The notes beneath the pieces are model-generated. The model was not told where the DNA came from and did not search any database. It worked only from the letters and a program-made list of their open reading frames with translations. Positions 26,101 to 39,783 of a DNA stretch of 64,000 nt are shown here, one piece after another (the first letter of the stretch is position 1; every line of letters starts with the position of its first letter). The stretch is from Styela clava (lineage: Eukaryota): NCBI RefSeq assembly GCF_964204865.1, contig NC_135263.1, forward strand, positions 12,214,001 to 12,278,000, given 5' to 3'. The position numbers and the translations under genes were made by a program.

Positions 26101-28645
26101 AAAAAATTATTGAAAGAGCAAATAATTGCTTAAATGGCATTTGCAAGTGTCGAGGAATTTGGAAATGATTTTCCAAGGAAGCCAAATAGTCGTTTTCCAT
26201 AAATATTTTCAAAAGTAGTAATAAAAGTAAGTAAATCTGTAAATAAAAAAAGTCAAAATCACAATTTATATATAACGATTTATTTATTGTTTTAACTGTA
26301 CAACTATCGCATAGTGCTTCACAATGTATTCGTTCAGAATTTCTATTTTTTTCTTGCGTTTTAAATCAACAAATACTTTCTTCTAGATTCGGACTTGACA
26401 GAGGTAGAAACCGAAGGCTCTGTGTTGAGGACTTGTGCTGTCGCATCTAGTGACCGCGTGGATTGTGGATGGCCTAGTATTAAAAAAGTAATTTGTGAGA
26501 ACAGAGGTTGCTGCTATAGTGAACAAATCAAAAATTCCTATTGGTGTTTTCAGCCAGGTATAAAAACACGATTTTTTTCTCATTTTGCTCGCAACGGCAT
26601 TGAAATTCCAGGAAGTATTAGATGGTGATTCACGGATTCAATTTAAAACAGTCGCGAGGACACAAATTGGTCTTGCGATTTCAGATAATTTTTCACAGAT
26701 TTTGTACGTTTTGAGGAATTACGCGAGACCGCTTTTCCCACCCTTCCGACAATTTGAACTTCATATTTGAATAATTAACGATCCTTGTTTTTGATGAGTC
26801 TTAATTGATTGGCGTATTTTTAGCGCTTTATTTTTCTATTGCAGCAACCTTGTTCATTCAACCTATAATGCAGTATGTAATGAAATGTGTTTCAACTTGC
26901 ACTGCATTATCCTGGAGAAGAACTGTAACTTTGGGATCAACATGCAAAACAGACTCTCGGTGTTGGCGGAAGAAGCATGGAATATTGGGATCCATCTGCA
27001 TGACATTATGCAAATCAAATTCAAGTAATGTTAAAGTTGTGAATAAGGCCTTTCATTTATAACTCTGTAATGCGTTATTATAATATAATATCAAAGAATT
27101 GACAGTAATTAATTCCGACGTTAGGTTCGAAGTATAATATATTAGAGTCCGGTGATTCTCAAATTTTTTAGGCAGCGCTCCCTTTTTAGAATTTGTTAAG
27201 TCTCGCCTCAAAAATAACTGGCTAACAATAAGATACAAATGACAGATGATGAGACGAAAGTAGTTTTTATTAAAAAAAAAACGATGAAAATACGTGGATG
27301 GAACGTAAATGTCCAACAGAGGAAGCTTAAATAAGGCGGGCAAGATCAAATCTAACAAATATTTTCATTTTCAATAAGCTTCACGTCTTCTCAAAAAATT
27401 GTCTACGCCCTCTTTGTAGACCGCCACTGTTAGAAAACCACTGTTAGACTAAATAGTATGAAAACAAGTAAAATTTGAAATTCCGATGATATTAAAGATG
27501 AAAATCGGCGGCCTTTAATGCTGGCTTGCGTTTTAAAGCGGTTAGTTAGTCATGCCATGTCTCAGTAGTTCAGTAAATTCACATAAACATTAGCATGAGG
27601 ATGGCATTTTACCTAGTAAAATAAAGGAGAAAAATTGAATAAAAAAGATTCAGAAATAAAAGTTTCTTTATAAATACAAAAAGGTTGAAATATTTAGGAC
27701 ATATTAGTAATGGAGAATTATTTTTCTCATTTTACAAATTAAAATTGTTGTTACAGCCGTCAAGGAATATATTAAAAATGTATCATCTTGCCTTGGGCTC
27801 AGTAATGCCATTCGACGAAAAACTTCACGAAAATGTGAAGTTGATATCTCCTGTTGGACGAAAATGCATGGAAAAGAAGTTGGGAGATGTTTTGCTAAAT
27901 ATTCAACTTCGGTTGGAGGGAGGGAGTCTATTATTGAAGGTATACATACATGTATTTGTGGGATGAATTGTAACCTTTTTATAGTTGTGCGATAACGCCT
28001 ACACAGCCATAAAATTGCACAATAAAGCATGTTCTTTTTGAACAATTTTCTCGGGCATCGTGCACTAACCTTTCGAAAAGATATTATCAGATATATAATA
28101 TGCCAATTTGTATGTAAAAAAAACTTTAATGGGAAGTTATAGTCCTACCACTCATACGTGACAAACTGAACGTATCTTAGATCAATAATGAATAAAAAAA
28201 TAAGTGACGTTGTTGGGACAATTATGTATGTATAATGTCACCATGTCGATGGTACTTTTTGAGGTTATTCGCTTTCAAATCTTAATCTTTCCTTTCATTG
28301 AGGTTATTGTCATTTCCTAATCTCTAATCTAGCAACAACGAAAAAAACGATTTGTGTATTTGTCACCATGTGCTTTGTATATAAGTTCTTTTTTACTCAA
28401 CGCAAAATGTTGAACTATAATTATCTTTTCTAGATCTCGGACAAGTTGCAAGACAACCCGAAATTCAAATGCCTTTGCTATCACTGAAACCAGCAGTCGA
28501 AAAAAACGTGTCTAGTAACAAAGACTGGTTAATACATCGAGATCCGAATCAACAAAATTCTAGTTTTGAGGTTCAAGTGTCAGTAATATCAATAACAGAC
28601 TTGACAGAAGACGAAGACACCGAACCTTGGTGGAATAGGGCGTAA
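20161..28645 (+). CDS. Secreted trefoil (P-type) domain protein, about 323 aa: signal peptide, 2 trefoil domains, 2 novel 4-Cys repeats, C-terminal tail
   Basis: Exons 20161-20239 (MEYFWKSVLLCVMSLIVVMEASYS, signal peptide), 20502-20648 (CKKIPPARRIECGWPGIRRASCEAKGCCYD...WCF), 26387-26557 (CAVASSDRVDCGWPSIKKVICENRGCCY...WCF), 26845-27024, 27757-27939, 28434-28645 (TAA). All introns phase 1; total 972 nt, open throughout. Donor of exon 4 (A|GTAATG) is the least certain. Confidence 0.8.
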
Positions 28646-30329
28646 ATATTACGAAGCAGAAAGTGGCGTTAGCGACCCTAAATGAATACAGCTGGTGTAA
28701 CTTGTATACATTATCGTTAAATGCATATCTTATGTGCAGCTACATTTCAATGCCGACGTGGAACTTCCAACACTAAGAATATCTCCGTAGTGTGTGTATT
28801 AGGTTAGGGTTAGGCCATAATTTTATTCCGATTTTACTTATTTTAGTTCTATTACAAGTTCGGAGACTGTCTATGTCAGCCAAGTGAATAATACACCTTC
28901 TGTTCACAGGCTCCAGTCCCTTACACAACTTGTAGTAGGCGAACAAAATTAGTCACCTCCATATTGGTTCACACACTTCCGGGGTGCCACACTAGGTTAC
29001 GATGACGTTCACCTATACATCGCATGCAAATTGCTATATATATGTGGAGTGTATTTTTGATGTCGTTCAAGCTCCGTATCTGTTAATATTCTGTTTGTAA
29101 TACTGTGACATACTTGTTGTTTTATAAAGTATTATATTAATAAGACAAAGACAATTAAAAAAGTCTGCGAAGCAAAGCTGAAATATATGAACACGCAGGC
29201 CGCGCACCAGATAAGCATCGAGTTTATGGAAAGATTCGGAGACAGGCATGACGGAACAATATGCTTCAAGATGTTATGTATAAAAGTGTTCTCTTAAAAT
29301 AGAATTAAACAGCAAAATTTTGAGTGAATTAACAGCTCCAACAAGATTAAAGTATGATTTTTTTCAAGCAACTGAAAACAAAATATAAAAAAGTGATATG
29401 CCAACAACGGTGTCAAATATCCTTATGTACTCAAAGCGATCGACCCATTATTAGTAAAGAAGAGCACTTCCGAAATCTTATCAAAAATTGTCCGTGTAAA
29501 TACTTATCGGGCGGGATACAAAATCGTTTGGGCCGTTCATATCAAGGCTATGGAGTAGGAGAAAATTTACAATCAACTTCGAGTTGGAAAAAATTTTGAC
29601 TTTGACTAAATTTATAAATATTATAGACTACCGACTCCAAGAAAATAACAGTTCAATAACAAAAAAAATTACATATGCGAGGCTTCGTCAATGGACTATT
29701 AAGATCTCCTCACAAACTTACCTTTAACGATTTCTGAATTCCGAATCAGATTTTGAAAACACGGCCCCGGATCCAAAGCCCTGCATCATAAGCGTTTACA
29801 AACCTCCGAAATTCATATGTGGTTTCAAATATTCTAGGGTCTGTCACAAAGGAATCAATAACACACGATTAACCTTATACACTGGCTTTGTCATGTTCCC
29901 CACACACAACAACCAACTAACGCTGCTAACATGACAGTACTCAAACCCAATAAAAAAATCAACAAAAATAAATATTCCATCCATCATCTTATATTCGGTC
30001 AAAACAAAGCATTATTCTTCCGTTTCTTGCCCAAGGAAATCCGACAAACAAACCACAGAGTTACCTCCGATTAGGCTATGGTTAACACAAGCATTATAGA
30101 TGATAATATCACAGCATACATGCCGTCAAAAAAATTTCACCCAAAACCTCTACCAGTTTCCACATTGGTTTTAACCAGCAATCCTACAAGAACATTATCT
30201 TGTAATGTGCAGAAAAATATCAACAGTTTTAACTTTTATCCGACTTTTAGCAAAATATCAGTGCTTCAATAAACATAAATTGCAACTAAGCTCCTATCAG
30301 AAATTATTTGCACAATTTTTTGAGTTTTG

Positions 30330-33300
30330 TCATGAGCTGTCATCTTCGCTAGATGACTCTTCTTCTGCCTCTTGTAGCCAATCAATAAATTTGGTAACCT
30401 GAAAAAATTGAATTCAAAAAGTATTGCTGTTACCTAGGACTTCCACTATTACAATTCCTAACGATAAAGTGCCAATGTTTTTTCAAACACCGGGACTCAA
30501 GTTGAATGATGAGAGCTTGATAACCTGGTGAGTTTAAGGAGCGAAATATAACAATATCAGAATACTTACTGATTTTCGTAATTGGTTGGGAGTTACGTCA
30601 GAAACTTCTGAAGTTTGCACTGTAGAAGGATTTTTATGCCATGATAAAATTACTTCTTCTGCTAAGATGTCATTCTCATATAATAACATCAAAATCTAGA
30701 ATAGGAACACAGTAATACTTATAAACATAGTAATATTTCTAAATCACAGCTGAAGACTTTAATTTTAGCCTTCATAATATTTAATATAAATTAGTCATCG
30801 AATATCCAACTTAGGAATTTTTTTTATCTTATTAGCATTAGTCAGAAATAATAAAGTTAAATTTACCACATCTACCAGTCTGTGTCGGGCACACAGGATC
30901 AGTTAGCTAGTTATTATTTATTTCAGATGCATGAACTTGATGGTGAAGGAAGTTGTAACCGATTAGTGATTACGTGAACACCCTGCAGCGGTGTGGAGTC
31001 CAGCAATCCTCTCGGCTCTCATACATAATTATCACCCACAGGATTCAAACCCACACAGGGTAATCAGACGTGCGATCGCAAGTGTATTCCTAACGTTTAG
31101 CACGGTGCATCAACAATTTTATGATTAGTAGTAACGATATGTAAAAAATGAACAAAGCTTAAGAATATACCTTGATAAGACAATCATAAGCATGTTTGTT
31201 GCATAAGCAATATTGTTCAATTTCATTAATACATTCCATCTGTGACTGACTTGTTTTATTATAATTCATGAAAACTGGAGACATATATAACAGAACCTGA
31301 AAAGAGGAATTATTTAGTCAAATCAAGTGTTTTGATGGTGTTACTGCTTGAAATTTTCACCCAATTCCCTAGCACGGCTTGCATCCTTGCCTAGATGTTG
31401 TTCATGTCCAAAAAATAGTACATGTAAGAAAAGTTTAGCACATCATAATTCTATTTGCGATAATTTTACTGTATTGCATGCTGAAAAAATTAGTACCTTT
31501 TTCAAAGCTGGAAAGAATGGTGCACCATTGCATCTCAAATAAGAAATCTCAAATGTGGCTTTAGTAACATTTCGAATAACGTCCTGTATCGTGACATTGT
31601 AAGCATATTTTGATGAGTTAATTTCCAAAATTAAATTATCGCACTTGATACTTTCTTCTATTCCTCGTGATAAACTGTCTTTGACTTCTTTGAAAAATAC
31701 TAAAAAGATAGAGCATACAAGAATCAACGTTCATGATAGAAACATGGAAAAGCAAGCGAGGTGAACCACTAGCTTAGGTTTATGTTACCAAAACAAAACC
31801 TATATTAAAAGTGGCTGATGCAAAAATTTATGTATACAGCTAATATGTTTGTACTTTAAGAGAATTTGGTCAAAGAAGCTCATGCATTCAAAATCAAAGG
31901 AGACTCATCTTTGAGCAAAGTTACGAGAGACCATTGAAATGCTATCGAAACTATATAGATTGAAATTTGATAGGTGCATTGATTTTTAAATACATTGATA
32001 AATTTTTGAGAAACAATTGACATTGGTAATACATTCAATGAACAAAACCGCCATAATGGATTGATGCCATCTTATACACTTCTTGTAAGCCCAAACTCAC
32101 GGATTCATCATTAAATATCCTTGTCTAGCCCCCTGACACACCTACGCCTATCACTAATATAAAAAAAAATTTAGTTAAACTGACCCCTGTATGATTCTAT
32201 TACCTGCTGGAATGAAAACTTACATGTTATTGAATTTTCTTCATTCTCATAATCCTCCATGTCACTTCCATCTGTTGAAATATCATCATCTTCTGATGAT
32301 TCCGCGTCACTATATGTTGGGAACATTTTATCTCTCTCAGTGAGAGACATTCCTAAATAAGAAAGAATATTGATTCCAATCTGTGATAATGGTAATCATT
32401 AACCCTTTCCGTGTGGAACGACAAAAGTCGCTAGATTGCAGCGGGTACGTTGATGTACTCCACTGTTTTATTTAGCAATCGGTCGCAAACTGCTGGTCTA
32501 GTTTTTCCGGGTTTTAGTTTATTGATAAGAAGTCTTCTTCGAGATTAACATAAGCGACGGTAAATCTCGCTTTCGTTTACGACGGGAATTTTATTTGCGG
32601 CAGAACGAGGGAGTGTTTTTGAAATTTATGCAATGTTTTTTGGGTGGTAATAGAAGACATATTATCCCTTCTATCTACCAAAGTATTTTGAGTTAGATCA
32701 CGAAATTGCTACAGCAATATTATGCTATTGTTTGCCAACCACCAAGCGGTAACAGTAAAGGATTTAGCGAATATTTCTATTTTTTATCACGGTTTGGAGT
32801 TTCAACTCCCAAGAAAATGAAATGCCTTTTTTCTATCCGGTTGGTGACTCAGACCCCCACTTTCAGAAAAACTTTTTTTTTAATCGCCAATTGCAAGCCC
32901 TTTAAATAAGCTTTCCAACGAGCCGTCAGTGGGCAGCAGAGGATCATTAGTTTTTCGTTAGTCGATCGATAAGTTGTGGGGGTACAAATGCATAAAATCG
33001 GCGTAGCAAATACGATTATTTAATAAAAAATAAAAATCGCATGGAAAGGGTTAAACAGTTTATTAATCTTTCAACAGTATGGCTTATCGTGTTCAAGCAT
33101 TAGTAAACCATGTATGAGCTCAAAGGTTGTGGGGTATAAATGTGTGTGAGAAGATTGCTGACTCCTTGCCACCATAGGGTAGTTCACTTAACCAGCTACC
33201 TCCACCATCAAGTCCATGCATCTAAAAATGAATAACTGGCTAACCAATCCCATACCCATAGATTACCCAGTTTTTACATTACTGCTTCCTTATAATGATC

Positions 33301-36300
33301 AAGGCTCGGTTTAATGAATAATTAGGAAATAAAAATTTAACAATGTGAACTGGTAATGCACATGAAACATCCTAAATTGGAATATACTTTCAATTATTAT
33401 GCAATTCGAATACGCATATATTCCTATGACCGACTATTATTGTTTTTTAGGTTTAACCAAAACCTATAAAAAAAAATAGTTAAATCACCCCAGATTCCTT
33501 CACGATTCAATTCCATTCCAACATCTTCATCTTCCATATCACTATCTATATCCTCAACTCTACTCCATAATATTCCTCGACCTCTTTCACCAACCAAAGA
33601 TGGATTAATATCCTTCAAAAAACAAGAGAGTAATCTTCAAAAATATGGGAATAAAGGGTATATGATTAAAATGTCCACTGCAATGACAGCAAATATCCAG
33701 CCTGATCTTAAAATAATTGTATCAAATGTCATATGTAGGTGTGTCTGCGAATTATAAAATCCAGCAAAAGTTGAGGTAACATATTGGGCCCAGTATGACC
33801 AGAAATTTGAGTAAAAGTCAATACGATCCAGAAAACAGTTATGAAATAATAGTTTCTTGGAAAACTTTTTGCATAACTTTTTTTCTAGATAAATCTCAAA
33901 TTCTACCTTCTTTTGCATATTTTCTCCTTCTGCAAAAGTTTCATCATCAATTTCAATATGAATCACAGTGTCTTCCTTCAACGTTATATTCGGACCAATT
34001 TCAACCTACAAATGAATTAAATAATAAAGTGAGGCAGATCAAAAATTAAAACCAAGTCTTAAGCTATATCAAAGAAAAAGGTAAACCTATCTTTTGCAGA
34101 TAAAACCTATCTTTTTCATATATGGCTTCTATGGGGCCAAACCAACTGGTGATTATGAACAAATGTTTATTCTATTCTAGTTCTAATGTGTTTACTACAA
34201 GAAAATTGATTCATAAAACCCACTTTTGATCAGTAAAAATTACGAAAAATAATTTACCTTTGTTGCTAATACACATCCAGAAGGTATTTTAGTATTTTCA
34301 TGAATGATTGAATTATTTGACAGAATGCTTTTGTCTATTGTACATTTGTCTTTCACCGTAACACCAGACCAAAGATAGGAATCTGTAAGGGATAGTAAAG
34401 AAAAATAGCCATATGAAGCATGAAAAAGAGGCAGAAGAATCGAAACTGAATTTAAATTGTTATTCCTCATGGTTCTCGCAATGGCTGTTGCTACAGGAAA
34501 CCTCTTTATTAACTATCAGACAAACCATAGCCAACGGTCGCATGCCATTTGACCCACCATTTGAAGCATTTTATGCGACTGCATGCTATTGGAGAAATTT
34601 TTTTAAAGATGGAATGAGAAAAAGTAACAATAATATTGTCTTCCAGCAAATTTTAAATCATAAATGCTAACAACAACAAGTACATCATACCTTTAATAGA
34701 AACATCATCACCAATAACACAACCATTTCCAATCACAGAGTTTCTTATTCGGCAGTTATTTCCTATAATAGTATCATGTCCGATCACACAATTATCCTCA
34801 ATTGAGCTATCTTTCCCCAAAGATTTGATGCTTCCAATATATACATTTCGTCGCAGATGGTGATACAGTTTTGGAGAGGAGGCCAAAGTGATATCTACAA
34901 AATAAAATGATTGGGGCATTTGTCAGCTCCATGGGGATGGAAAACTTAAATTACAGGGTAAAAAATGGCAATGAGTTGTATGCTAAAGTATGTATTCAAA
35001 GAGTTTTCTAGATACCAATTTTTAATTTGAATGAATTTTTAAGAAAATTTTCCCTAAAGATTAGCAATGCAAATTGCCAGTCTTTAAGTATAGCACTGTT
35101 AAACTGAGTTGCCCAATTAATAGTCATTCCTGGAGGAAATCCTGAATTTATGATGACACAATTTCACACAATCATAATCAAATAATTTACTACTGCAAAT
35201 CCCTATCTAAAATTCATCTCAATTTTCAATATTCTAATTAATATATTTATTGCATTTATTTATTTCTATTTATCTATTTTACATCTAATTTATTGCGAAA
35301 TTGGCAAACTTAAGAAAAATTTTTCTTAAGTCCCTGCATCTGAAACAAATAACTGACTAACTAATCCCCTACCGGACATGGACTGGTAACCAGACAAGAG
35401 ACCGTGGTTCGCCTTTGAATATCAGCTTATCTTATCAGCTTTCTTCTCCCCCCCCGGGATTAATATATAAATCCTATTAATATAACTAATCATCTGAAAT
35501 CTAAATTCCATTGAGCTATATTTCCGTTGACGTCTCTGCAAACACGGTTCCATTTTATTCAATTTCCACTGAAAATATACCTTTCTTGTTTTTTCCAGAA
35601 ACTGAATTTTCTCCAGATTCGAAATCGTTATCAGGAACATAAGGGTAAATCCATCTTGAAGTAACTGCCTTGCTTATCGTATCATACATGTGAAGGGTAG
35701 ATATTCTCGCTGCAAAATCTCTTTTAATTGTGTGAATGTGGATTTGATTTCCTAAAAACTGAAAATTTAGTAAGACATTATATACAGGGTGCGATAAAAA
35801 ACCTTCCAGATTTCAAGTCAGGTCATTGCTATGCTGCAGTTATCCACCTAGTTTTAACCCTTTCCGTGCGGTAGGCACGTATACGTACCAACGACAAAAC
35901 TCGCTAGATTGCGGCGGGTACGTTGATGTACTCCACTGTTTTATTTAGCAATCGGTCGCAAACTGTTGGTCTACTTTTTCCGGGTTTTAGTTTATTGATA
36001 AGAAGTCTTCTTCGAGATTAACATAAGCGACGGTAAATCTCACTTTCGTTTACGACGAGAATTTTATTTGCGGCGGAACGAGGGAGTGTTTTTGAAATTT
36101 ATGCAAATTTCGGTGTTTTTTGGTTGGTAATAGAAGACATATTATCCCTTCCATCTACCAAAGTATTTTGAGTTATATCACGAAATTGCTACAGCAATAT
36201 TATGCTATTGTTTGCCAACCACGAAGCGGTAACAGTAAAGGATTAGGCGAATATTTCTATTTTTTATCACGGTTTGAAGTTTCAACTCCCAAGAAAAAAA

Positions 36301-39300
36301 AATACCTTTTTTCTATCCGGTTTGTGACTCAGACCACCACTTTTAAAAAAACTTTTTTTAATTGCCAATTGCAAGCTCTTCAAATAAGCTTACCAACGAG
36401 CCGTCAGTGGGCAGCAGAGGATCATTAGTTTTTCGTCAGTCGATCGATTAGTTGTGGGGGTACAAATGCATAAAATCGGCGTAGCAAATACGATTATTTA
36501 ATAAAAAATAAAAATCGAATGGAAAGGGTTAAGTACTGTAAATTTTAGTTGTTAAATTATTGCCATTTTGTCTCCAATTTTCTAATGATTACAGATTAGA
36601 CATTTTTGGTAGTGATGTGATTATACCGCAATGATATTTGAGCTACTAAAAATGCTGAAAACTAAATCTAGACTGAAATGAATGAACAGTTGGAACAATG
36701 AAGAAGAAAAAAATTTGATGCATACCTCTTCATTTATCAAAATTCCTTTAATGAAATCTTCTTTAGTTTGGTAATCAAAATTATCTGTAAATAATTGAGG
36801 AACTTGGGGGGAACAGACAGCAACACCTTCATCTGATAAATCATACCGAAATTCAAAATTGGAACAAGTATTCTGCAGTAGGGTTTTCTGTAAAGTGTAA
36901 ATATAATATTTCAAATTTTATAAACTTCCAGCAATCACAATTCACAAAGCATTTCGATCAATTCGCTCGCCCTTTGTAAAGATCTTGATTCTTGAGCATT
37001 GCTATATTATTATTATTCTTGTCATTTAGATCTAATGTATCTTATTTTGTATATTTATATCGAATTTATTTTTTTATATCGTATAAACAAATTGGACATT
37101 TAAATCAACCATCAGTTTTCCACCATAACAGAATTAAATAGAAATACGAAACAGAATTGGAAGCTTTTCAAAATATTTTTAACTGTGTTCACTCACAGTA
37201 AGGCAAATTGGTAACCAGAACAAAAGATTGGATGTGCTTTAATAACGAGGATATTTGATAATAATAATAATGGAGATTCAACAAATGGCACAAGAATAAA
37301 ACTGTGTCTATTCATTAAAATTATTCGGAATGCTAAACGTATGTGGCCTTACCAATGGGAACTCAAATTTAGGTTTCCTTGTTAAACCGATTTTTTGATA
37401 ATAAAGAACTTGTTGAGTATGAGAATCGAGAGCAACAACGATGTCATCATCTGCTGATCTCATCTCATGAGTGGGAGGACAACTACGCAAAATTAGTGTC
37501 ATCAACGGCTTATTTTTATCTTTCGTCCTTCTATCCCTGAAAGCAAAATATAAACAGTGAAAAGGGTTATATTTGCCTGTTGAAAGATAGGATTTTCATA
37601 TTTATTCTAGAGAAGAAAGGCGATAAGATATATATATATATATATGGCGAACCACAGCCTTTCATCCGGTTCCCAGTGCATGCTGTGTATTTTGTGCTAT
37701 TTTTTTTTATAGATGACTTTATGGTGGAGAAATTTGTAACAGGTTTCGGTTACTTGAACCTCCCTATGAAAGCAAGGAGACCAGAATTCCTCTTGCACAT
37801 TTATTGAATTAAATACAAGTTACTCATTATTAGGAAGACTGAGAAGACACTGCTGTTATTATCTCAATTGCCAAACAATAATGAGGCAATATTAATATTA
37901 ATTTGTACACACTATTCTAAGCTAAGTCAATTATACAGCAGTATTGAACAAATGAAGTTTATTCAAAAATATGTGTTTAATCTTTCATCATTTCATCAGC
38001 TTTTAAACAATTGTCTGTGACTACGTACACAATTAGCATAGCCTACTTTATTGACGAGATATTTCGCAAATACCAACCGATGTTCTGTTAAAGCTTGCTG
38101 AAGAGACATATTCGATATCAGATCTCCTGCTACAAGAAGAAAATCTGTTTCAAACAACGATTTTTGATCGATGTCTCTCAATACATCACCCAATGATGTA
38201 AAATCTGATGACACAATAGGAGTGACTCGGCATTGAGAGGATCTGGAATAAAATTTGTCAATGATTAGTAATTTCGAACAAAAATTCCACAATTTTGCTC
38301 TAAACAAGGCGTTAGAGAACCATCCACTAATGTGCAGGAAGCTACTAACTTGAAAATTAAATTTATTGGAAAAAGGTATTCTAAAGACATATTTGTCATA
38401 CTTGGTAGATAATTTCTTAACTATGTCAAAGATTTTTGATAAGCCATATTTGGATATAAATATATAAATGCAATCTAATGGTAAAAAATAAATATATTGA
38501 ATTATTTGAAAAAGGTATTGTTTATTTCATTACCGGTATATAGTTTATTTAAAATATGCAAGCTTCTTATAATTCAAAAGAAACGCCATGCTTCAGCTCA
38601 ATTGTAAGACAACATATGTTTGAATAAAAAATAGATCAAACAATAAACAAAGAATAAAATACAAATATGCACCGCTGGTGTTTAGGAAAATTTCAAGAAA
38701 AAATTCCTCCCTCTGGAAGTTTCAGATGGAAAATTTTCTTCGTGAAATATGTAGACAAAATTAAAATCTTATCTAAAGCTCCAGTGTGCGATCTTTTTTC
38801 AATAGATTCTTTGTATTGTGTTATATTTTTTAGACTTGTTCAAAATTTTCTGGGTTAAAGTTTTGTGGATGGAACTCTCCTAGTAGTAATGCTCATATAT
38901 TTTATTCCATATTTTTTCATTTGATCTATTGTACGAATTTGGTGAAACTGTAATGAATTGGCATATTCAATAAATAATATTGATAAGCTATCATGTGATT
39001 TGAATACTGATACTGCAATGGCATTGTATAATAATAGACATTTGATCATCACACATAATGGAGATGAATTCTTTGCTTTTCTTACTTGGCTCCCCATTTG
39101 CTGTTTGCAATATAATCCTTTATCAGACCAGAGCAATGACAGCAGTAAACATAGATCTGTTGAACTCCATTTGATGACAGAAAATCTAGCGTGTAATCCA
39201 ACAATGGTTTGTTTGCTAAGGGGAACAATGCCTAAAATAGAAAAGGATAATTTAGGGGCCTAAATGTTTAAACACTTGTGAGAAATGATTATGCTCATCC

Positions 39301-39783
39301 TGATAATCGTTTACACAAATTTCGCTATAATGAATCTACAAAATCTCAGAATATTTGAACACCTGATGACCCATTCCATTTTTTGAGTCAAGCCTCAAAT
39401 CAGTGAGAAAAACCTCTCGTGTCACGTCTACATCGAGTACCTCATATTCTAATTTTTCATTAGTAAATACCATTATTCAAAACGAACGCAAAATTGTGAC
39501 TCGTAAAAACATTTTTAATTGAACTCGAGATGTGTTGTCTTCATAAGTTATATTATATCTGTATATGTAATTGTTGGCTATACATATTTCAGTTTTTATA
39601 AGTGGTAAATTTGCAGTTTCAATTAAGTAATCATACTGGCGACCACTCACTACTCACCAAAGGAATGTCATCAGAAAGAGGTTGAAATTTTTCATCGAAT
39701 CTGTCTGCTACAACAACAGCTTGTAAAACATTCTCTTGTTCAAAAGTTCCACCTTGAGGCTTGCCTTTCTTTGTTGAAGGCAT
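30330..39783 (-). CDS. EIF2B5: Translation initiation factor eIF2B subunit epsilon
   Basis: 15 GT-AG exons: 39783-39658, 39231-39086, 38242-38078, 37536-37353, 36887-36726, 35758-35581, 34894-34691, 34382-34258, 34005-33907, 33612-33489, 32352-32224, 31699-31497, 31296-31171, 30695-30570, 30398-30330. Motifs: LQAVVVADRF, SLGDVLRDID, LFTDNFDYQT (NF motif), left-handed beta-helix (CVIG..TIIG.NCRI.NSVIG), LILEINSSKYAYN, W2 domain ending FIDWLQEAEEESS. Confidence 0.95.
30865..31110 (-). mobile_element. Degenerate tRNA-derived SINE copy in an EIF2B5 intron
   Basis: Shares ggagtccagcaatcctctc, ggattcaaacc and gtattcctaacg with the full SINE; boundaries approximate. Confidence 0.7.
32403..33050. 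mobile_element. piggyBac-type non-autonomous element (MITE), copy 1
   Basis: TTAA|CCCTTTCC...GGAAAGGG|TTAA; near-identical to 35858-36528; no transposase ORF. Confidence 0.85.
33075..33270 (+). mobile_element. Degenerate SINE copy
   Basis: gtgtgagaagattgctgactcc...cctccaccatcaagtccatgc...aatcccataccc matches the SINE body; boundaries approximate. Confidence 0.6.
35328..35478 (+). mobile_element. 3' fragment of SINE
   Basis: tggtaacc...gaccgtggttcgcc...tcttatcagcttt...ccccgggat...taaatcctat matches the SINE 3' end. Confidence 0.6.
35858..36528. mobile_element. piggyBac-type non-autonomous element (MITE), copy 2
   Basis: TTAA|CCCTTTCCGTGCG...GAATGGAAAGGG|TTAA; same orientation as copy 1. Confidence 0.85.
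37582..37800 (-). mobile_element. Degenerate SINE copy with internal (TA)n expansion
   Basis: gataggattt...ggcgataaga...atatggcgaaccacagcct...ccggtt matches the SINE 3' region; boundaries approximate. Confidence 0.6.

Noticed and set aside
28790-28990. Telomere-like ttaggttagggttagg
   Set aside because: Only 2-3 units inside what looks like a decayed dispersed repeat; not a telomeric array.
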